Of a stretch of DNA of 64,000 nucleotides, positions 42,001 through 52,600 are shown one piece after another. The DNA is from Vermamoeba vermiformis (Eukaryota), in assembly GCA_045837725.1 (NCBI GenBank), contig JBEWZL010000200.1:124001-188000 (forward strand), read 5' to 3'. The notes under the pieces are model-generated. The model did no database searches. It had not been told where the DNA came from and saw only the letters and a list, made by a program, of their open reading frames with translations. The position numbers were made by a program, and so were the translations under genes. How positions within the stretch are numbered: the first letter of the stretch is position 1; each line of letters opens with the position of its first letter.

Positions 42001-42307
42001 CGTGTGTCAGTCAAGAATTTACATTTCTACAGTGTATTATGTACGATAATTAATATTATAATTTTTTTTAGCAGCGTCCGATCCGGTGAAAAAGTCAGCG
42101 GACGAAGTTATTGAAGAGTTGAAACAGCGTTACAACAAGAGTCAAGACAAATTCGAAGCTCAATATGCAATGGATGAAGATGGCTTTGTTTGGCAGCCGT
42201 TTCTGGACAAAAAATTGCTGTTGGAAGTTGATCGAGGAGATTTACACAAAATTCTATTTGATACGTGGGAAAAATTCAACCATTACACTACGAGTTACGT
42301 AGATTAG
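39098..42307 (+). CDS. F-box protein with a degenerate G-alpha/Arf-like GTPase fold; interrupted in this assembly by a duplicated/low-complexity block
   Basis: Spliced reading IPILFIGPPSSGLAHLF...YLSLLPPEILTRVLALTNLPDLLNISTLIKSF...DEFWRRYF (F-box)...FEEMTYFVTCVDTSRFD...FPIMVVFTRMDKLTEKL. Confidence 0.6.
39176..39275 (+). repeat. ~100-bp direct repeat, copy 1 (copy 2 at 40946-41044)
   Basis: AGTGATTGTT(A)TGGTTCAGATGTCGCGG...GCAAATTCAAGGCA occurs twice, with 3 substitutions and 1 indel. Confidence 0.95.
39577..40945. repeat. Low-complexity block: poly-T/AT-rich tract followed by ~0.8 kb of aperiodic purine (G/A) sequence; probable read/assembly artifact
   Basis: T-run and TTA-rich tract at about 39577-39740, and almost pure G/A from about 40150 to 40945 with no stable repeat unit. 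Confidence 0.85.
40946..41044 (+). repeat. ~100-bp direct repeat, copy 2
   Basis: Matches 39176-39275. Confidence 0.95.
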
Positions 42308-42432
42308 CCACTACAATTTCGAGTATTGTATAAACGGCAATATTGTTACTTTCGCAAACAAGACCAGCCATTCAATGACGGCGCCAAAAGATATTGAAAT
42401 TAATAGGTTTTAAAATTATGTACAATTAATGG

Positions 42433-45400
42433 TTAAATCTTCGAAGCAAGAAGGAAATTGAGTTCTTTGACGACTTGATCCATACTCGGTCGATCATCTG
42501 GTGACTGAGCCCAGCACTTGTTGATCAGTTCTGCGACTGCTACTGGAGCGGTTGGTGGAATGGGAAGGCGCTTGCCCTCGAGGACCATGTTGGCTACTTG
42601 CCACGGGTGTTCCAAGTGCGAGTAAGGCATTTGTTGCGACATGATTGTCCACAAAAGAATGCCAAAGCTGTAAATGTCTGCTCCTTTTTCATATCGCTTG
42701 TTCTCCATGATTTCTACAATAAAACGTTAGTATGAGAGCAACAGCAATTGAACGGCCGTGAGACCAGCAGTTCACGATGACACGTGTCAACATAAACTTT
42801 TGATGTCGTAGAACTTACCAGGAGCCATGTAAGTGGGAGTACCAACACCCTTGGTGAACTTCATGGTCACTTCTTCGACAATCGATCGAGCAGTGCCAAA
42901 GTCAGTCAGTTTGACATTCACTGATGCTTCTTTGGCTGTCGAGGCAACCAACACATTCTCTGCTTTGATGTCACGATGAAGAATGTTGTTTGCGTGCAAG
43001 AATTGAAGTGCTTCTGCAACATCCAATGCAATCTTCAGTTTCAATCCTGTGTCCAATGGTCTGCTGTTCAACAGTTCTTGAAGATTGCCTCCTGAAACGA
43101 ACTCTGTCAAGATGGCAAGCTTTCCAGGCACTTTTGATGCTCCGATGAACTGCACAATGCATCTGTGGTGCAAGTTCATCATCATTTGCACTTCGCGATT
43201 GAACTCTTCGAACTGCTGGATGTTCATTTCTTGGAACTACGATGGAAACAGAGTTAGTTTGAGCTTGACACCTTGATGACACTTTTGACACGTGTCAATC
43301 GCTTTATCGCAATGACTTACCTTGAGCTTCTTGAATGCGATCGTTTGACCTCTATATCGTGCTTTGTACACAGCGCCAAATCCTCCTTCACCAAGTGCTT
43401 CAGTCACACCATCAACTTCATCGATGTCGATCCAAGGTGATGGTTCGCTTGCACTAACGAATTCCAACAAAGAGAACTGTTTGAGTTCAGGAACTTCGAC
43501 CCACAGTGAGATGTTTGTGCGTGTTGTCATTCTCATTTGCAGCATCAGTGTCACGTCAACGAAGCCTTTGTCGCGTACATCGACTTCGAACGGGTCTATT
43601 GTCAGTTGATACTTTCGACGACTGAACTGGATGAAAGTTGACACGAAGACTCTTCTCGAGCAATCGTTCGATTAGTCCTCGCGACCTCGAGGCCTTAGTA
43701 CGTGGCTGTATCCTGAACGTGTCTTTGTACATGGAATCAACTTGCAAGAGATTGCCTTTGGTGCCAAAATCGAACTTTGTGTTTGACAATTGAATGGGCA
43801 AGTCTTCGATTGGTTTGAGCGAGTAGTCTTCTGGTGCATGCCACTGAGGAAGTGAGAACTGATCGTCTGCTCCGTTCTTTGTCGTCAGTGTCAGCAGTTC
43901 CACTCTGTTCAGCAGTTGTTCAACTCGTCGTTTGCCTCTGAAATATCTGTACGTCACTGCACCAATGACAATGAAGAGTATGCAACCGCCCGTAACAGAG
44001 ATTACAATTGCAATAATGACTCCTGTTAAAGTGTTGTAAGTTGACACGTGTCAATGTCTGATTCGTGCAACATACCTCGATCAAGTGACGTGTCTGGGCA
44101 CGAGACAGTAGCAGTGAACAATCGCTTTCCTGCTTGCTCGCGTAGACTCGTGGTCACGGAACAGACTTTGCCTTCAGCCTTCACTGTCATCTTCGACGTG
44201 TCACCGCACGAGAAGTACAAGAACGGCGCGTCATACTGCTCGTCCTCCAAGTCCTGCATGTCGATCTCTATTGCGCCCTCAATGGTGGCACACTCGACGT
44301 CAATTTGCTGGTCTGGCTTGATCACTAGAGTTCCGCCTTGTTCGATCCGAAGTTCTATAAGTTCGCGTGTTAGAATTGACCTTTCGCGAGCGGTATTATA
44401 CTTACTGTCAAAACTGTCTGCGTGCTCGTACTTGACACGTGCTCCTTGTGGAATCAAAAGTAATTGCTCAAGCGGACAACGTTCAGTGAAGTCGCACACG
44501 TATTCAGCGTTTGCACAGCAGAAATTGTTTCTAGCGAGTCCACAAGCAGCTGTACGATTGTTTGACGCTTCAAACTGTTCGGGTAACTGAATGCAGCCCG
44601 AAAACGCGTTGAGAGATATGTTGCTGTTGAATGTTAGAGGATTGAAATTTTCAGATCTATGTCAGGGTGACTTACAAGTTCACCAAGTTCCGCAGATTAG
44701 ACAAGTTTGGTATTGTTCCGCTGAGTCGATTGCGTGAAAGATCACTATTACATCGTCGTTAGTGTTAGTCTTCAGACCATGACCGAATGACTCACAGGAA
44801 TTCGAGCGTTCGCACGTTGACAATAGAAGACGGAATGGTGCCGCTCAGCGAGTTTCGCGCCAAATTACTACGAAGGCGTTAGCTTGCATTAAATGGGTGT
44901 TGCGAAGTGAGACTTACATCCGCGATACGCGCTGCAGATTGAACAAACTGGGCGGAATTTCTCCCGAGAGTCGGTTGTTGCTCAGATCCAGCTGAGTGAT
45001 GGAGCGCAAAGACTCGAATAATAGCGGAATAGTGCCGACCAAGTTGTTGTGAGACATGAACAGGCCTTGTAACGTGTACATCTCGCCAATAAATGAGGGG
45101 AAAGTCCCGTCTAATCTGTTCATCGTGACATCCAAATTTTCAAGCGCTCGTAGATCCACAAAACTCGGCGGGATGTTTCCCGTCAAACTATTTCCAGCGA
45201 CAAGACTATTGAAGGTAATTAATTAGTATAACTTTCCCGGATAACATTGAATCACGTACAAGTCTCGCAAAGACCTGAGCGAACTAAGCTGAGACGGAAT
45301 TTGCCCTACGATCCTGTTGAATGATAGATCGCTAATAATATTGTTAATAAGCAATAGAGGGGATAAGGGTTGAGCTAACTTACAGCACTTCGAGCATTGG

Positions 45401-48400
45401 CAAGTTCGAGAAAGTTGGAGGAATGACACCGCTGAACAAATTAAGACCAAGTCGCCTGCCGCAAAGTTAAACCATGACATATCAGCTGTTCAATGGACTT
45501 ACAGTTCGCGCAGCTGTCTTGGTCGTGCATTTAGCGTCGGAAGAATTCCCGTTAGCATGTTACTTGTGAGATCGCTGAACATGGTTGTTAGAAAGGTCAA
45601 GGTAGCAGAGTCACGTGACTTACATTATTTGAATATTCGGCAAGAACATGGCAGGACTGATGCCGCCGCTCAATCGGTTGTGACCTAACCGCAGCGTGTG
45701 AAGTCCAATAATGAATGGATTGAACCTCGGCAATGGTCCCGTGAATTGATTGAACGACAAAATGCTAGTTATTGCGGGTAAGTATTAGGAATGTAATAAT
45801 AGTAGATTAAAAGTTACTTACATATTTTGAATGGCATTCGTTAAGATCGAGTTTGGAATTGTTCCGCTCAGAATATTGAATGACAAGTCACTAACATTAA
45901 AAGTTAATCGTTACAATAAGTCATATTCTTGTAATAGTAACTGCTTACATATGTCTGAGACTACTAGTTTGAGGGAAGGCAGGAAGGGTGCCCGTCAAGA
46001 AATTGTGCGAAATATCACTGACGCAAACGTTAAGTCGCGTTAATTAGAACAAATGTCTGATAGACAGAACTTACATCGACGTGAGCAGAGGAAGTCTCAA
46101 ATAATCTTCAGGAAAGGTTCCAGTAAAGCCGTTTCGTGCTAGATTGCTAAAACGAAGTCGTAAGTATTATGTGCAACGTTTGGACAAAAACTTACAAAGC
46201 GGTCAATCTCGGGGCTAGAGCTGGCAATGGCCCTTGAAAGAAATTGTCCGACAGATCACTAGTTAGTCTTTGTTAGCAAATAGAAGAGTGCTCGTTGCGT
46301 TATTACGTACAGAAATTCAAGCCTAGGACCAATAATATCTGGCAGCGTGCCGGTGAGTTCGTTGTGTTGTAATTGCCTAACAGAGTGTTCAGTGCTAAAA
46401 ATCACGTGGTTGCGTTACTTACAATACTGAGCAACGCGTGCCATTCGTGAGTGGCAATGGGCCCGTGAGTTGATTGTACGACAGATCGCTAAAAGAGGAG
46501 TTAGAAGAGTTATGGGTGGAGAAGTGGTATATTAAGGTATCCAGGTACTTACATAGCCATGTCTGCGTCACTATCCAAAAGACCAAGCGGAATTGTTCCG
46601 CTTAATCGATTATTACTCAAGTTTCTTTAAATCAAAGGGTTAGTTATTCCGCTTGAGATTGACGTTAAAACCTTACAATTCTGAAAACTGCCGGCCAACC
46701 ATAGTGCGCGGTATCGGGCCTCTAAAATTATTCGCCTGCAGGAAAATACTTCGTAATCCAGGTAACTGATCGAAGGCATCAGGAATTGTTCCGCTGAACG
46801 AGTTGAACTGCAAAGACCTATTTAGGAATAGCTAAGTACGATAGTCAGGCATTTATGAAACGCTTACAATGCTCTTAGCGAGGACATGTTGCGGAATGTG
46901 AATATTGTGCCGGTGAGTTCATTAAAGCCCAGCATGCTACAAGTATTAGATTAGAACAATACAGGCAAAAGAATAAAGATCTTCTTACAGAGCCGTCAAC
47001 GTCGTTAAATTTTGAAAGTTCTGCGGGACCGTTCCCGTGAGCCGATTGTTCTCCATTCGTCTATGCAATAAAAAAGTTAATATGAAAAAATAAATGTTTT
47101 TTCGCGTACAATGTTTGTATTGAAGAAAGCTGCCCAAGTTCTTCAGGGATAGTTCCGTATAATTGATTGTTGTCCATAGACCTTGGTTGATTAATTAAGT
47201 TAAAACGATTGTCATAATAACGTATGAATAAGGATTGATTAACTTACAAAAAATTTAACGCTTGTAGCGAACCAAGCGAAGCGGGAATTGTTCCAGTCAA
47301 CAAATTGTCGTCTAAATGAACGAAACTTAACCGAGGATTCGTAAATGGCGGAATGGTGCCAGAGAGTTGATTGCCGCTCAACAATCTGAATAAGACTTCT
47401 TAGTTTGACAGCAGTATTTTAAGATGCCGCTAAACTTACAAATCACGTAACATAGTACAGTTGATTATAGAATCAGGTATAGGACCAGTTATATCATTCG
47501 AAGCGAGCATACTAAGATACGATTAACAATACCGTCGTATATTAAAAAGTACTTACAATCGTTCCAAACTTCGCAAATTACCAATGTTACTTGGAATCGT
47601 TCCTCTCAATTCGTTATGAGTCATGTCCCTGCATATTATCGTTAATAAGGACTAATAAGGTCGTGGTCCTATGTACGCACAAGATTTGCAAATTAACGAG
47701 GTTGGTGATCGTGTCTGGAATCGTTCCCATCAATAAAGCACCGTTGGCATTACTGCAAAGATGTTAGTAAGCGAATAGTACGGTGATATTGGTTACGTAC
47801 AATCTTCTCAAATTGACTAAATTGCCGATCCGTGGATCCAGTTCACCCACAATTCTAGATCCGTGAATACGCCTAAGTATAATCAATTAATGAACGTGGT
47901 ATATAATACGCCAGTAGATTAGAACGTACAATTCTTCGAGGTTGATGCAGTCGTAAATCTCAGGAAACACTATCAACTGCGATTGAAACAAGTCCCTAAT
48001 TTAGAAAATTAATTAAAAATTGTTCCGCGCGTTTAAAATAAATAAATTTTCGTACAACACTCGCAGTCTTTGCAATCTGCCTAAACAGGACGGCAATCGA
48101 CTCGGTGTAGCGAAGCTCAGATCTAGCACTTCTAAATTCACCACATCGCACAGCCTATCATCTGTCAATCGTGTGTTCGTCATGACCCTAAATTCAATAG
48201 TTAGATAATTCCTGAATTAATGTCTCGTGGACCCTTACAAGCGACGAAGGTTTTGTAATGAGCCAAAAGTTGGTGGTAATGCTACCAACGCAGCTGGAAG
48301 TGATCTATAAATTGGATAATTAATGTTAATATTTAGAAGTTCAATACACTCGTTAGTAGCTAGGCATACAATTCTTCCAAAAAAGGAAATGACGTGCCAA

Positions 48401-49216
48401 AGTTGTCAGGCAGGCGTTGGATAGTTGGCGTCTGAATCAAGAACCTATTCATAATATATATTACATTATGCTAGCGCATAAGTATATACCGAGCACTTCT
48501 TACAGTCGACGCAGATTCGTTAGTACTGTCACACTATTCAGCGTGTTGTTCGTGAAACGAGTACCGGCAATATTTCTAATTTAGGTTAATTTTCCAACGT
48601 TTAATCAAATACTACGAAGCATTAAAGGCTTACAGTTCCACGAGAGAGTTTTTGATTAAGGCAATCTCATCTGGCAAAACAGATAAAAGTGTATTCGTAA
48701 AATCCCTGTAATATCATATTATATACATATAAAACATTAAAAATGAATTTGTGGTATTACATCGACAATTAATGGTTTGATTATACTTACAAACTCGTTA
48801 CTTGCGTGAGGTTGCCTACCGACGCTGGAAGTGTACGAATATTCGCTTGGGCTAAACGGCTTATGATGCATATTAATTAAGATAATAATATTTAACGAAT
48901 GATTCAGCTTTTGTTGAACAGATTCGGCGCCCAAATTTAATTTTTAATTGGAAAATCGAAATTAACCTATTTGCGCCTTTTAATGCAGCATAAGCCGTAC
49001 TTACATTGATATAACGTTATTGCCATCGTTAGAACAGGTTACACCAGACCAAGAACAAGGATCCGATGCGTTTGTTCCAACCTGGATGAACTGTTCATTT
49101 ACCGCCAGAAGGTCAACAAAAAAATTATATTCTTCGCTAACCAAAGCATGCACGGTATTTATTCCACCAACGAAGAGGAGGAAGATCAGAATTGGAATAC
49201 CGTTCCAAATCCGCAT
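42433..49216 (-). CDS. LRR receptor kinase RK2 (apparent +1 frameshift at 43613-43615; sequencing error or pseudogene)
   Basis: Signal peptide MRIWNGIPILIFLLFVGG, then DPCSWSGVTC, an LRR exon array, TM, and a kinase nearly identical to RK1. One extra A in TCGAAAGTAT relative to the paralog frame (S/T-K-Y-Q-L-T). Confidence 0.88.
42778..44053. repeat. Intronic palindrome TGACACGTGTCA, three copies in RK2 (42778, 43286, 44042)
   Basis: One perfect copy in each of the three corresponding introns. Confidence 0.9.
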
Positions 49217-49632
49217 CTCCACATCCACTGATTAAATATACAACTCGTTGTTGTGAACCGTAAGTATCAACAATAGATAATATCAATTTTTACCATAATT
49301 TACGGAATATTTGACGAGTGATTGACAGCTTGTTTCTCGTACGAGGATCGCGAAACAGAAGGTTCGGAGGAGAAACTATCATTGCGACTACGAGCAATAT
49401 ATTTGAAATACCATCATGTTATCGGTATACTACCAGCGACTGTTTTGCATGAGCTGGATCGACATCACAATGGTAAGCCTGAAATATCGTATTCCTTTTC
49501 CGGTGAGACGTCAAGTCAAGTCAAGTCAAAAAATTCGTAACAATTATAGCGTGCTGATTTGAACACTGCAGCACAAAGCTTGGTGTAGTGCAAACGCACA
49601 TGAAGAAGGGGAGCAGACAGTGAATTTTACGG
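49217..49632. promoter_or_regulatory. Putative bidirectional promoter between divergently transcribed RK2 and RK3
   Basis: About 415 bp separates the two head-to-head start codons. Regulatory function is inferred from position only. Confidence 0.5.
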
Positions 49633-52600
49633 ATGCACGTCGCTATTCCATATTATCTGCAATTATTTATTGTTATTTCATGTATATTTTTTGTAAATAG
49701 ATCGTCGTGCTCACTTGTAGAGGAAGAGAGGCAATTTTTTGAAGACTTAACGACAGCAAATCCAGCCTTTGTTCTGCCAGTTAGTGTGGATGATGTTTGC
49801 TCGTGGGGACGTGTTAACTGTACAGAGGACGGTTCGCACGTGATAGGGTTGTAAGTAATAGTCTTTTGCTATCAATCTAATTTGCAAATCTCTTGATTAA
49901 GATTATTCCAGCGCAGATCTGAAAAAGATCACACAAAGTCCAATTTATTTACCAATATTATTTAATGACATAATTCTGGCTTAGCGATCGCCGTATTGAT
50001 TTAATATTAACTTAAATAATTGTAATCAATTGTAAATCTTTCTCTGTGACACACGCGTCTCCTTGATCTGACCAGAAAAGCTCAAATATTTTTAATTAGG
50101 AATCTAGCTCGCCAGCGAGTACCAATTCTGCCGTATTCCATCGCTAATCTCACACACTTGCGTAATTTGTAAGTTTGAACGTTAGTCTGAAGGAAACAAC
50201 AACTAATAATCACCTTATAATTAGGGACCTTTCTTTCGTGGGCATTGGAGACCAAGGAATAGAGCGATTAATTCCTCTGTCAGGCCTCGTTCAGTTGTAA
50301 GTCGATCTAATTTTTTTCTGGATTGCAAAACTGAAAAACCGTTATTTTTTAGAGTCCTACGTCAAACTAACGCTTTTGAGCTTCCTGAGACTTTTGGATA
50401 TTCATTTCCTAATTTGGAGATATTGTACGTCCATGCGCCATTTTTAATATTGAAGCTAATTTTATTGACCAGAGATTTGCCAGACTCGTTAGTTTCTATT
50501 CCAATCGGCTTTAATGAACTTCGAAACTTAAAGAGCCTGTAAGTAAGCCAATGTACACCTCATTCGATCTAATAAAGCTTTCAGAACAATGCGCTTTGGA
50601 AATCCGGCTTACATGGAAAGATTTTGTGGCCTGCCTAACCTCGAAGTCCTCGATTTAGTGAACTCAATCGCTCAATCATTACCGCAATGTTTTAGCAATG
50701 GATTTCCAAAACTACGCACTTTGTAGGTTTAACATTACAATAGTAGATCGCGATCAGACCCTAATTCTTTTTGTTAGAGCTCTCGCTTGGTCGTCTTTGA
50801 GAGCATTTCCTGATATTTTTGGCCTGGAGACTTTAGAGGAATTGTAAGATAATTGTAAAATTATTAATGGGTATTGATCCTGATCTCTTCAGACACATTT
50901 CCATGACAACTCTTAATGTAATGATACCACGCGATATAGGCAGATTAAGGAGCTTAAGGACATTGTACGTATTAATGGTTGCTTGGTGTCATAGGCGCTG
51001 ACTTTGTGATAGGAACTTCTTTTCAGCGGGAATTATTGGCCCGATACCAGACACGATTGGAGACCTGCGAAATCTTGAAAACCTGTAAGTATAGATCTAT
51101 TGCTATATAAGGTAATTTTATGCTAACAGATCTCAGATTGCTTGGAGATAATACTCTCTTGAGCACTATACCAGCGTCGATAGGCAGACTCACGAATTTA
51201 AAGCAATTGTAAGGATTGTTTTCAACGTCTTATTATTCAGTACTAACTATTTTGTAGAACTTTAAGTTCAAACACTTTAGTGAGAGAAATTCCGGAGGAG
51301 ATCTGCAACCTCGAAAAATTAGAAAGTCTGTAAGTATCTGACCACATTCGTCGATAGATAAATGATTAATACGTATATATCGCAGTAATTTAGGCAACAA
51401 CCAGCTATCCGGAGGTATTCCGGACTGCATTGGCAGATTGACGCGATTGCAAAACTTCCAGTTGAGCCACAACACTCTCGACGGCACGGTCCCTTCATCT
51501 ATTGGCGCCTTGACTAACTTGACCACATTGTAAGCACTATTTGAGTACGTAGTTGCAATACTAACGAGCGAATTTTAGGCAATTTAGCAACAACCAACTG
51601 ACCGGAACTTTGCCCGACGAGTTGGGAAATTTACAACAATTAGACGCGTTGTAAGTTCTATATGAATATCTATTTGCATGCTAATTATGTTGCGTAGGTC
51701 TTTCGATAATAATCAATTGGTTGGTACTCTGCCAGCTACCCTTCAAAACCTTCAACGCCTGTTAATTTTGTAAGTCATGCCAACCTAACACGCGCTATTA
51801 ATCGGTATTAATGCATATTATTAGCCAAGCGTCTTTCAATAACCTTGAAGGTCCTCTATTCAACATCTCTAACATGCCTCGCTTGGAGTTTTGGCACGTA
51901 GTATTTCCTCGTGGTTTTCGAATATTATAGTAATAAGTCTTTATAGCGAGGTTCAATTCAATGCTCTGAGCGGTCAATTGCCTGATTTCTTCACGAGCGA
52001 GTGCGGACTCTCTAGCTTTCAAGCGCAATCGAATAATCTCACGGGCACCATTCCTCGGTCCCTGCAGAACTTGAATTATCTGCAGCAATTGTAGGATTAA
52101 TATCAATGTAGTTCATACCATATATGCTAATGTAATATTAATCAGGAATTTGGGCAACAATAGAATTACGGGCACGATCCCAGAACTTTTGTTCACGCAG
52201 CCACAGCGATTAACTGTCGTGTAAGTTGTTTGACAATACGTTAAATTCACGTTGATTCTAAGCTTAGACTCTTTTTAATAGGGATCTCTCGGATAATTTT
52301 ATCACCGGCACTGTGCCTCCTATTATCGCTCGTTTGCGCTCATTGTACGTACAAGACTCGACACGACAAACAAGCAGAACTAACTTTCTTTAATCAGATT
52401 CTTAGAGAACAATAATTTAATCGGTGCTATCCCACCACTGGACAATGCAACGGTGTTGAACTTCATGTAAGTGGAGCGATGTCATCGTTCAATCGTCAAT
52501 TGATAACTAACTGACTGACCAGCGATCTTTCGAATAATAAGCTCGAAGGTACCTTGCCTCCGTTGCCAACACAACTCTTGTTTGCGTGAGTACCGAATAA

